Shown here piece after piece: positions 12,165 through 23,408 of a stretch of 64,000 bases of DNA. The notes beneath the pieces were generated by a model. The model was given only the letters and a program-made list of their open reading frames with translations. It had not been told where the DNA came from and searched no databases. Source of the DNA: Raillietiella orientalis (Eukaryota); NCBI GenBank assembly GCA_036172245.1, contig JAYWIR010000001.1:2666001-2730000 (forward strand), given 5' to 3'. Both the position numbers and the translations under genes were made by a program. The stretch's first letter is position 1. Each line of letters starts with the position of its first letter.

Positions 12165-15100
12165 CTGGAAAGAGAGCAAAGACTGTCATCCAGGGACGCA
12201 AGAGGGGGAAAAGGAGAAGGAGCAGGGAGAACTCCGAGAGGCAGTATGCCTCGCCTTTCATTTCTATGCCCTTTCCTCTATCCCGATGGTTTCAGGAGGT
12301 CGGATCGCAGTAAACCTCCTGTTTCTATGCTTCCCAAGGTCTTTTAAAGGGATCTCATGCAGCTCGTCCCCAAGGTAGGGATGGTCGCTTTCCAGCGTCG
12401 GTCCTCCCTCGGAAACAAAAAAATACTATTCCGAAGCCCTTTCGAAAGGGCGGGGCATCTCCTTGGGACCGTCTTCCTCATGCCCCGGAGAGCTGTCTGT
12501 TTCTTGTTTCGAGAGCAGCATACGACCATGGGTCCACCTGAAACGTGCGGATGCGGATGACCTGCGGATGCACGCGTGGGATGCACCCATCCTCAAAAAA
12601 CCCTCAAAACACTCTCCTTCCTGGTTTGGCAGGATGTCCTTCTCCGCTCTCCTAGATGAGAGGGGAAAAGGGGAAGAGCAAAATGGGAGCTCTCAAGATG
12701 AAACTCCGAGGAGTGCTGACCTATTCTGTTTGTCCGGAAAGAAGGCAAAGACCACTGCAGCCCCCTCGGTGAAGAGAAGATACGGTGATTTTTTGTAAGA
12801 GGAGGAGAGCTCGTGGGAAAATCCCGGTGCTCTGGCTGTTTGAGCCACGGAGACAGGTTAGGACTTCGTTATCGGGGCAGCAAACCAGACTAATGTGACG
12901 ACTCCCGGTTGTCTTGGAGGAACTTCCTCCGTACATTCTCTTCCCCTCATGCCCTCTATCATCCTCTCGAAGAAGACGACCATGCACACGATGATGATTT
13001 TCGATCCTTTGCGTCTTCCTCGTCTTGGAATGCTATCTGGCCGTTCTCGTTTGCAGTTCACCAGGACAAAAAGGAGCTCGAAGCAATTGAGCTCCTCGTC
13101 TGCAGGAGTGGAAGATCTCTGCGGTCACTGCCACCGTTGCCGCTTTTTTTGTCTCGCTCCCTCCAAAAGAAAAATCCAGAGAAAAAGAATTCTTTGCCCG
13201 ATAGAAATGCTGGAAGACCAGGCTGAAGTGAGAAGCCTGGTCCATCTCCGAGCAGGAGATGTGGGCGGAAGAACGAGGTAGTAGGAGACAAGCTAGTCGG
13301 TTCCACACTGAGAAAACCGACGCACGTAGCCTTCCGCGAAATTCGTCTGTCCGCGGCTTCCACTAGAAAGATACGACGACCAAGCAAAGTACCGTTTTCG
13401 ACCGCTGATCATCGTTATCGAATTCCCCCTTCTTTCCTTCTTTCCTCCTTTCCTTCGCATGCAGGAAGTCGAGTGCTCCTCTTTGCCATTCTCTGGAGCC
13501 CCCTAAGAAGTTTGGATTCCTATTTCCGGGGACAACGGGAAGGACGAGTTTGAGTTGTCCTCCGCGAGGAAAACCCGAAGAGTTACACAAAGAATTCAGA
13601 TAAGCGGGAAACCGTCCTCATTTGGAAGACGCGAGTGTGAGATCGCACGGCACGAAACAGTCTGCTGATGCTTCGCGCTTAGAGCCATCAGCGGAGAATC
13701 GGTCGTCATCATGTCGGAAGGAACAGCTCCCTTTCTCTGTAGACTGATTTGTCTTACGGGTGTCTTTGGCGGTCTCTCTTCCCGAGGATCTCTTGGAGAT
13801 GCAGGAGTGGCTGGCGCCGCTGCAGGAAGGAAACCAGTGTGATGAACCGCTCTTGGGGAAGAAGTCAGAGGCGTGGGAATCACGTGAAGAGACCGATGCC
13901 CAAAGAGGCCCCACGGGAAAAATGGCGATGTCGATAGTCTAGCACACGACTTTCTTCAGATGAGAGGGCGGGTTGCTCCTTGGAGCGCGGCGTTGCCACA
14001 GGCGAGTTCAAAACCAAAGGGAAGCTGGCAATGGGACGGCCATCTGCCCGAGACCTCGAACAGACCCGTTTGCCGCGCCTGCGAGTTGAAATTCACCCCG
14101 GTAGAAACGCTTGTGTAGGGGCGTTCCGCGACAGCATCCGGGAACAATGGATGCTGCCGTGTCTTCCGTGTTCCGGAGCATCTCCATTATCTCCTGTGGA
14201 TTTATGCAACCCTAGCGCTCACTTGCGAGCAGTTCATCCTATTCATCCGTCCCATCCATCATCCATTCACTTTGTCTGTGCACGTGATGGACCAGCCTTC
14301 ACCACACGCAGACGGAGGCTCGCGCTCAGTGCCGCAGCGCTCGAGCCCGCGGAAGGTGAGAATAATCGCGTGGTCCCTTTTTCTGGCGAGCTGCTGCTCA
14401 CTGGCAGCTCTTGTGTCCCACTTCTCCTTCCTCTCCCTGGTTTGACCCTCTCGGGAAGAGGAAACCTCGAACGGGTTCTCCTCGAGACGAAGGAAACAAG
14501 GAAAGGTGGGAGTTTCTCATCCTCCCACCGCAATCTCGCTGCACCAGCGTTCATCTGTGGCTGAGGATGAGGAGAGCTCTTGAATTGGGGCTTCCGGCAG
14601 CAGAAACCATGGGATGGCAGGAGTGATGCTATCCTAAGCCATCTGACGGAGACTCTTGAGATCCGGAAGGGGGGTCCGAGACATTTTCGTGGATGAAGAG
14701 GAAGACTTCCGGTGGATCATGCAAGGGAAATATCGCTCATGGGAAATATCCAAGGCATTTTCCAGAGAGGTCAATCCAACGTCTCTGACAATTCGTCGTT
14801 ACCGTTGGTTCCGTTCTAGGGAACTGCGAACTCGCACTCATGGGTCCGGCCATTCCCTTTCTTCGAAAAGGGGTCCCATTTAGAAATGGGTGGCCATTAA
14901 CAGCGCATCCGGATGGGCTCCCAATAGAATTCCGCTCTATTCTCTTCCGCCTGTCTCTTCCGATCTGGAGTATCCGCATGAATTCCGTCCTTCCGGGACA
15001 TTTCAAGGTAGCAAATTCGTTTTCTTGTGGATTGTCTTCTTCCCAACGGTCCGATGGTCCCGGTGCACTCAGGGGTCCAGAACGGAGAGGATTCGCGAGG

Positions 15101-17532
15101 AAACGAAAAGCTTCCTCACGGATGCTGGTTTTGTGGGAAGAGAGAGAGCGGGGAGCACGTCGACGTGACTGATTGTTCTGGAAAAGCGGCGCCCGGAGGT
15201 CGGAGGAATGGAAAAGCATTTTTCCCTGTCGTTCCCGGCCCGGATGCGCTCGGCTTCGGGACGCGTGAGTCCTCTTCGCACCTCCGCGGCTCCATAGGAG
15301 ACATCGGATCTCGCGCGTCAGAGGACTTGGGAAGCAAGGAATGCACCCGTGGAGCGGTGGAGTCGTGTCCCTATCCCTGCGAAGGGTAAGCAGCCTCCGG
15401 TCACTGGTTGCTGTGAATCCGTCTTCCGGATCGGAAGAAAGCAGGAAGAAGATTTTGGGAACTGGAGGAGGAGACGTGGAGAAGCCAATCCCCGCTCGCC
15501 ACCCAACAGGAACGAGAAAGGGAGACTCAGAGGAGCGAAGCGGGATTCCCGATCCGACGGAGAGCAGCTGGTGCCCGCTAAGACCGGAACGTTGCGGAGC
15601 AGACCTCAGGAAGACGGGGATCACTGCACGGAGGAACCCGTCTCTGGAAAGAGAAGGTCTTCCCAAGAGATTTAGGGAATCACACGAGATGCCTCTGAGT
15701 CAGGACTGCCCCGCTGTCCGACTCCAGGTGATACAGGAAGGAACGAAGGAAGGGAAGACATATCGCAGAGGGAAACACCAGTGGATGCGGCATGTCCACG
15801 AACGCAAAACCACGGTCGATCCCTCAAATTTTCCGAATCCCCATCTTATCTGCGGTGCGGTCCCCGAGGAAGGGATGTGGGAACGGAGGCTTCCACTTCC
15901 GTGCAGAGCTACCAAACGGCCCTGCCTACAGGAAAACGCCTCGCCCCTTCTCATCTTTTCCGCACATAAATTCCGGCTTATGGGCGTTTCCCGGTGCCCG
16001 AAACACTTTCCCGTATCTGGCGAACGACTTTCGAGGATTTCCTTGTCCCTGCCTCTCTTCTTTTCCTCTTTTTTCGTTGTCGTAGGAAATCTGGAGGGAC
16101 GCAAGACGTTTTCGCGCTCACGGGAACGAATACGGAAAGAGAAGAACCAGCTGGGGCGTTCGGGAGGAGGGGACATCGTCCACTTCGAAAACGGAACTTC
16201 CGCGTTTCCCTCCGCATCCCCAGGGGAACCATCGTCAGGGCGTGTTTTGCACACGTGTTTTCTGGTAGCACAGGCGATAACTCACGAATCAGGCGTTACG
16301 AAGAATCCCATTGGAGGGTGAGGAGGAAGAAGCAGGAGGCGAAAACAGGAGGGAAGGGGGGGGGGACAGAGGGCACTCGGGAAAGGAGAGAAGAACGGAA
16401 AAAGGAAAGGAAGGTGGAAAAAATTCGCTGTTTCCCCAGCTGTCCTCCCTTCTTTCTCTCGGCACGGGAGATGAAAAATCACCAGGGAAACTCCGGAGCG
16501 GGGAGAGCCCGAGCTCTCAGCTTTGCGCACGCATGCACGGATCCGGGAGGAGACGGGGAAAATCAATGGGGAATCAGGAAGCGTCATTAGCGGCCAAAAC
16601 GTGTGAGGAGATCGGAAGATAACCAAATTTAATTAACGTCGCGAGAACATCGATTTCGGGAGAGGGGGAGCTCCTGGCTCGTTCGGGGAGGCGAAAAGAG
16701 GGGGAAGAGGGTGAAAGGGGGGGGGAGGAGAAAGGAAGGAAAGCCGAAACATGGCCGCCACTGCCGTCAACTGGCTGTCGAAAAATCAAAGCGAAAGAGA
16801 AAAGAAAAAATGGATAAAAGGAAAGAGAAAGCGAGGGGAGTCTAGAAGAAGAGGAGGAGAAAAGGACAGTGAGGAAGGATGCAAAGGAGGAAGAAGCGGA
16901 AGGAGGAGGGAAGGCGAGAAGAAGAAGGGAGAGAAGAAAGAGCGGGTGCGGGAAAGGACAGGAACAACACGGAAATCGGGAACCGCGCGCTCACGAGTGA
17001 TTCATGGCCAGGGGCCGCGCCTTCGCCAACCCCGTTTTTCGCTCCCCCATGAACTCACGGGTAAGAGGGAAGTCCGCGCGCGTCATTTCCCGCGCACGCG
17101 CGCTCGCTCCTTGCGGACGACAACACAGTTCAGGGGGCGCAGCGATATCCAACCAATAATCTCCGGTCACACCGATTGATCTCTTCGACTGAGCCCGATG
17201 GGGATGATTGGCGGGTCCCTGTCGGGCGGCGGCAGGGCGGTTCCAATTGTATGAGCAGGCTCCTTCTTCCGGGGGCGGGGTCGCGGTCTCGTTCAGGGAG
17301 TCCCCTTCTTCGACGACTCCACCGCCCCTCCTGCACGGCAAGGGGATTCACGGAGGAAAAGCAAACAAAAGAAAAAACAAAACAAAACAAAAGGCACTAC
17401 TCGTGATGTCCGTGTGCTCGCACGCGCGGAAGCACCGAGCGAGAAGGGGCATCGGGAAAGCTTTCTTCTTGGCAGCTGATGGTTCGGTTCTCTTCTTGCA
17501 AACAAGCAGTCACTGAAGAGGAGCCGGGGAGG

Positions 17533-17592
17533 GCACGAGCGCGCGCCATGCAAGATGCACGAGCGCGCGCCATGCAAGATGCATGAGCGCGC
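17533..17592. repeat. Tandem repeat, 24-bp unit x2.5
   Basis: gcacgagcgcgcgccatgcaagat at 17533 and 17557 (identical), partial third copy gcatgagcgcgc at 17581. Confidence 0.92.
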
Positions 17593-18740
17593 TCACTCCT
17601 CTAAGGGGAGAACGAAGGTGACGGGGGCGAGCGAGACCTAGGGAGGGACGATGCAAGGCAGCGATGGGAGGAACCCTCCAAAATAGGTGCGTAGGGAAAG
17701 ACACATCCCCGCCAACCTGGGCTTGCGCGCATCCGAAAGAGTCCGCTCCCTACTGAAAGCGTTCGGAAAGAATAAGTTAGGGAAAGGACAAGCCGGCCTG
17801 GGCAGTGGACATCTTGGGAAAGGCTAGGTCAGGTGAAACCCAGTGCCGTCTTCAACAAGACGATAAAGGAACACTGAAGTGGGCCTTCGCGGCGGTGGTG
17901 GTGGTTAGAAGAAAACGTGCTGTCTTGGAGGGAACAGAGGTCAAAGGGAAGGGGTCGGATGGATCCAACCAAGTTCCAGGAAAGAAAGAGTGGGCTCGTC
18001 GCGAACAGTGAAGTTTCCGAGAGTCGTCCGGAAGCGCACCCACTGCGGCTCTTTCGACGATGGAAGGCCGGCTCGGGAAAACGGCAGATTCACGCCTCTT
18101 CTTCTAAGGGATCCCTGGAGGAAACGAGGAAAGAGGGGATAGCAGCTCTTTTGCCAAGAAAGGGAGGGGAAAGCTGGGGTCGATCCTTTCCCAAGTTCCC
18201 AAAAAGCCTTCGGGAGTAGCCCGAGATCAGCCGGTGGCCGTGGCTGTCCAGGCCTCTCCTGTGGACTTTCTTGCCCTGACTGTGGAGAGCGGGAGTGCCC
18301 CTTCCCACGATAAGACAATGCCTCGGCCTTATGGGGAGAATAAAGGGGGACAGGCTTGGAAGGGAGTCACCTGAGGTGAGAGAATCGGGCGGCTGCATAG
18401 AAGCAGCAGAAAAGGAAGAGGACTCGTCCAAGTCCAGTCCATATCCTAGAGACAGGTCGGCTCTTCTGGTTTGATGACTGTGTTCTTCCCAGAGAGCATC
18501 TCAGTGAGCGGTTCCTGTGATTCGGAAGACTGGGGGAAGGAGGATCTCGACCAGCAGGACAACGAGCCTTGCTCAAGGAGTAAAGGGAGAGGAACGGGAA
18601 AAGAGGGAAGCGGAATGACTTCTCTCCTCCGCTCTCCCTCCGCTCCCGTCCTCATGTGTTCAGCCCGCAGCGCCTACTTTTCTCTGCGCAGCCACAGCCT
18701 CAAGAACGACAGCAGCAACGACAGAACGAACAGTGAAAAC

Positions 18741-18791
18741 GACAACAACAACAACAACAAGAACAAGAACAACAACAACAACAACAACAAC
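18741..18791. repeat. (AAC)n microsatellite, imperfect
   Basis: gacaacaacaacaacaacaagaacaagaacaacaacaacaacaacaacaac, starting about 15 nt into the putative intron after the 18806 donor. Confidence 0.9.
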
Positions 18792-18805
18792 TTCCGCATC
18801 GTTAC

Positions 18806-19201
18806 CCGCAACTGCTCTTCCACGATGGCGGGATTGACGAGCGGGCCGCAGTCGGGGAAGGGCATCACAGCAAAGCCCGCAGGCCCGGCGAAGAACGGCC
18901 ACTCGCACTTCTTGGGCTGCTGCTGCTGCTCCGCCGCCAGCAAATGGTGCAACATGCGTACCCCGAGGTGGTGGTGATGATGGTGGTGATGGTGATGGTA
19001 AGCCGCAGAGGCACTATTAGCAGCCCCTTCCAAGGTAGCTGCCGCCAGTGCCGTTGCTAGGTTTGCCTTCTCCACATACTCCTTCCAGTCGACGGCAGCG
19101 GCAGCGGCGGCAGCAGCGGCAGTGGTGGAGGCGCCACCGCCGAGCGGAGCACGCGCTGGCTCCAAGGCGTTCCCCATCTGCCGCAGCAGGTGGTGGTGCC
19201 G
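18806..19201 (-). CDS. Probable upstream coding exon (alternative first or internal) of the same zinc-finger gene; low-complexity N-terminal region
   Basis: Long polypyrimidine tract ending in tandem acceptor cag/tag (19207-19202). Open frame RHHHLLRQMGNALEP...AAAAAAAAAVDWKEYVEK...YHHHHHHHHHHLGVRMLHHLLAAEQQQQPKKCEWPFF...AVMPFPDCGPLVNPAIVEEQLR; ATG at 19177. His and Ala runs use mixed codons, as in TF coding repeats. Donor CGG|gtaacg at 18806 is phase 0, same strand as and phase-compatible with the exon at 12164. Confidence 0.6.
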
Positions 19202-20243
19202 CTACTGCGGGAAGGGCGGGAAACGGGGGAAGAAGGGGGAGGGGGAAGGGAACAGGGGGAACAAGGTTTCGGGAGGAGATGCAGTGTTCTCTTCCTCCTC
19301 GAAAGGACAGGAGGGTGAGGATCGGATCCGCGCGTGCGTGCGTACGTGCGTGCTCTTGCGCGAGGGCTAGCTACGGAGGGAGAGGGTGGAGACGGAGAGG
19401 GACAGGACGAGGAGGGGGGAAAGGAGTGTGGCAAGTGGCGGCGGGCTAGACGAAAACAGGGAAGAGGGGGGAAGCGCGGAAAAACGGGAAGAAGGCTCGC
19501 TCGTTTCCCCCTTTTTAACCGGGATTCCTCGTCTGGAGCGCAGGCTCGGGGGAACAAGAAGGACGCCGCGGCGCTTCCGCTTCGGCGCACATCTGCGGGA
19601 TGGCAGCGGGCGCAACCCGGAAGCGCTTCCCGCCGTCCCTGTTACAGACCGCATGAAGAGCGAACGCGAACTGCCCACCCTGCTTCCTTCCTCTTCCTCC
19701 TCTTCCTCAGTCTCTCCAGCTTCCCTTCTCTCTCGGTGCATCCCAGTTCATCCTGCAGCATGTGTGCTCATCTCGAGCGAGGTGAAGCCGAGGCTGCGGA
19801 GCCGCCTGGCCCAGTCTCGGATGCTCCCGCGGAAACGGAAACGATCCTGGGACCCGTCTCCCGTGACAGAGCGGTCCAGGAAACGGCACCGGCGCCAGCG
19901 GCATGAACGCCAGGCTTTCAGCAGGTCAGTGCTGTTGGCACGCATGCCCTCGGCCCGTGACCCGCAAACGCTGCACGGGAGAACGCAACCTCGAACGGCT
20001 CTCCGGTCGTCCGCGTTTTTCCATCCCTTCCTCCATGAAATAAACCCGAATCTGAGTTCGGATGCTGAGGAGAGCGTGGGTCGTAGTCTCGGCGTGCGAA
20101 CGCAAGGCTCACTGTGCGCGCACGCACACGTACGTTAGCATATACAAAGAGCATACTGCTCGCACATGAGGTGCATGCACGAAGCATGCTGTGCGCCCTG
20201 AACGGTGAATACTACGCTTTACTTTGGCTGTACGTATACACTG

Positions 20244-20256
20244 TATATATAAAAAG
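20244..20256. promoter_or_regulatory. TATA-like element at the edge of a CpG/GC-rich block upstream of the His/Ala exon
   Basis: tatatataaaaag in an AT-rich patch within GC-rich DNA. No clear arthropod Inr (TCAGT) at the expected spacing; orientation ambiguous. Confidence 0.2.
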
Positions 20257-21561
20257 TACACTCATCTTCGCGCGACCGAGTGACCTCCTGTGCTTTCTGT
20301 GAGAGGAGCGCGCGGAGCTTCGGTGAATGCTGCAAGGGGGGAGGTGCGGGATGGAACACAGCGGGGCTCTGGTCGGACGGGAGGCTTCCCGACCCACCGA
20401 AAAAGCAGATCTCTGATCCTCTTTGGGAGGCAACACAGTCGGTCAACTGGAGCGGAGAGAGGACGCGCGTGACGGCACCACCCCAGGGAGGTTTTCCTGG
20501 AGCTTCTTTTCAGGGGAGGCCAGGCAAACGCGGGGAGCGGTGGTACCCGGAGACGAAGTACTGGAGCACCACAGGAAATCCTCCTCGAAAAGAGATCTTT
20601 CGTGCCTGAGGCCTTTCGTCTTTCGCCCAGCGTTGAAACTTGCTCGTTCCGGCAACGCACGGAAGCCGAACGCGAAAGCGTCTTTTTGTTCGGTACGCAA
20701 AGACTGTAGCCCAACGCCCGTACAAATCACGTAATCAATGCAGGCACCTTCCAATGACTCATGGGATGCGCACGATGCTGTACGCACTAAGAACGGTGGT
20801 ACGGCTAGCTGTAAGCAACATGCGCGCATCGGGTACAGTAGCGCGCGAACTCTTTGTGCACTTGCATCGATGTGAGCGCGCGAGTCACAAGCACGAAACT
20901 CAATGTACATCGGTACACGAAATATCTGCACGCTGTTCATGCGAGTATCATAAACGGTGGAAGAGGAAGCATTGGATGCGTTGCACCACAATGCTCTTGG
21001 AGTGTACAGTCGTCAAGGTACTTGAGACACTTAAAGATCGAGATCTCCAGCAGATATGTGCGCGCAGAATCTCGTACCAAACAAAGTTCCCGAAAGTAAG
21101 AAAAGCAGCCTCCGGAGTATCCACGCTTTGCACTTCCCTGATTTTTTCTTTTTTCTTCTTCTTTTACTCAGGAAGCCCTCAGTCCTCCCTCGACGCACGT
21201 GTTTTTTTCACACCACCCAGCCTCCCGCGACCACTTCCCAACTCGGACCAAGCTGTAGCCGCTAAAGCATCTTCGGAGTAAAAGTGCTCATCCACTAGTA
21301 TCCCAGAACCCTGCCCTGAAAACTACGTTCAGCTTGTCTTCGGAGAGAACAAGGAAGGAGGGAAAAGGGGTGCGCACTGCCTGTCGCATTTGGTTACCCC
21401 ACGGAGCAGGCAACCACCAAAAACAAGTTCCCGTACACCCCCTTCGCGGAGCGCGAGGGAACTTCGCGACTACGGTGCTGCAGGTTTCCGCTTTCCATGA
21501 GGTTTCCATGACAGCCAGCAGCCAAAAGGCAAGACAGTAATCATCGGTTGTGGATTTCGGC

Positions 21562-23278
21562 GTTTTTTTTTTTTTTTCTTTCGGCGGAAATTCCTTGCCC
21601 TACGTTGCTCTCTAAAAAGAGTGTATACGACGGTCTCCCTAGTCCGTCCTGCACACTGCAGTTTCAACTGAGGCCGCGCCCAAATTTCCACCAGTCAAAA
21701 TCCGCACAGCAACCCTACGGGCTCTTTGGAGATCCAAGCCACCGAAGAAGCAAAAAAAGAAAAAGAAAAAATGCAGAAAGTGTGGAAGAAGAAAAAAAAT
21801 CAGAGCTCATCCGTCGAAGGCGTGACAATTTGGCGGGAAGAGAGGGGCCGAGAGAGAGAGAGAACGAATCGCGAGCTTCCACGGGAATCGCAAAAAAAAA
21901 AAAAAAAAAAAAAAAAAAATGAAAGAAAGACAAAGAAAGCACGAGAACCACCTCGTTCCAGCTGTGACGTCAGACTTGGCCGTACTGAGGCAGCTGTAGT
22001 ACTTTAGTACCCGGAGAAGGAAGGAAAGCAACCCTTTCAGCATTACCGGAATTCCGACCTTGCGATTCAGGAGCGGTCTTTCCGTAGCCCGCGCCCCCTT
22101 CCCCCCCTTCCCAAAGGGAAGGGAAAAGTGCACTTCCTGGACCTCAGGCTGCTCACCAGTCACCTTCGCACTCCTGACAGGATACCGGAAAGCATCGGGG
22201 CAGATGTGGGGACAGAGCTGATCACATACTGAATCATCCCATCACTGGTCTTGGTGAATCAGACTCGAGACTCAGAGATCACAGCGTCCGCAGAAAACGG
22301 CGATGTTTTTCCCCTCCATTGTGAGAGAAGCACCGAGGGCATTGCCTCCTCGAAACGGCAGAAGTGAACGCGCGCCGTCCTTGCTTCGCGCCACTTTTTA
22401 TTGGGTTAAGCACAGACCAGACGGAAACGCAGGGACAACGTGTCATGCATCAGCACGTGAGCGATCCTCATCCTTTGACGATCGTCATCCTCAAGGAGCA
22501 AAGCTGCATGAGCCATCGTGAGTCTGCTTTATTATTTATTACGGAGATGAGTTATCACATACGCAGACGAGCCGGAACACTCTCCAGGGACCCTGACCGG
22601 CGGGCTCCACGGTGAGTCTCGCGTGAAAGATAAAGATGGAAATCTTTCGGAAAAGAAAAAGGAACTTTTCAGCTAACCTACTGTAAGGAGAAAGAGAGAG
22701 GCAGAAGGAGGGAGAGAGAGGGAGAGGGAAGCAGAAAAAAAAAAAAAAAAAAGGATTACACACCCAGCATGCAATCTCCTTTCAGTGGGAGACGCAAATT
22801 TGACACGCAAGCGCACTGAAGATGGGGTTTTCGAAGTTCGCTCTTTTGGCACCAACGAAACAATGACTGTCCTTCGAAAGGTTCTCATCCCGCAATCTGC
22901 TTTTCCTCTTCCGGTCCTGCACACTTGACTCTCGTAGCATCGTGATTACAAGGACTCTCCAAGCCTGCTCACCAACGACACTTACTACACTGGTCCTCAC
23001 ACTTTGCTAAACGTGTTTCCTTTTTTTTTTTTCTCTCTCTCTCTTTTTTTCCTTTTTTATCACGTGTTCTCTAATTTGGTTTCCCGATCACACTGATTTT
23101 CTTCTAACTTTCACCAAGTCTCATACTGAATGTTCTTTTCCCTCAGAAATACAAAAAAACCCAGTTTTTTTTTTTTTTTTCTTTCCTCTCAGACACATCT
23201 GACATTTGGAAGTTTTTTTTTTTTTTCTTTCTTTCTTTCTCTCTCTCTCTCTCTCTCTTTTTTTTTTTTTTTTTTTTA
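21562..23278. repeat. Cluster of long poly(dA:dT) runs and a (CT)n tract
   Basis: T run near 21562-21577, A28 at 21892-21919, A run near 22735-22752, T runs near 23020, 23165, 23213 and 23257-23278, (CT)n near 23239-23257. Confidence 0.85.
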
Positions 23279-23364
23279 ATTTTCGAATTGGCTGACGGCT
23301 TTGTGTGCTTTGGTGGCACGCACTCGCTGCTTGGAAACGTCACATCCAGAATTTTCGTGGCGCC

Positions 23365-23408
23365 GGTCTCCCGTGAGATCCCGGAGCTGGTCTCCCGTGA
23401 GATCCCGG
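23365..23408. repeat. Direct repeat, 20 bp x2 with 24-bp period
   Basis: ggtctcccgtgagatcccgg at 23365-23384 and 23389-23408. Confidence 0.9.

Larger units (their letters stand above)
12165..18805 (-). other. Putative intron (about 6.6 kb) between the His/Ala-rich exon and the zinc-finger exon
   Basis: GT at 18805-18804 and AG at 12166-12165 on the minus strand with matching phase 0. No convincing coding exon seen between them, although a small exon could have been missed. Confidence 0.45.

Noticed and set aside
13275..13285. GAGGTAGTAGG equals let-7 nucleotides 2-12 (complementary site on the minus-strand pre-mRNA), tempting given the LIN-29 family link
   Set aside because: Only 11 nt, flanks diverge from let-7, no precursor hairpin, and the site is intronic; consistent with chance.
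18371..18567. Minus-strand segment with polypyrimidine tract, AAG acceptor and CAG|gtgact donor
   Set aside because: 197 nt would frameshift the zinc-finger exon and the translation is not protein-like; at most a poison-exon candidate with no support.
22150..22260. Minus-strand SCQECE next to GT donors, a candidate for the missing Cys-x2-Cys exon
   Set aside because: The adjacent donors are phase 1 or 2 in that frame rather than the required phase 0, spacing to the Phe is wrong, and there is no good acceptor.
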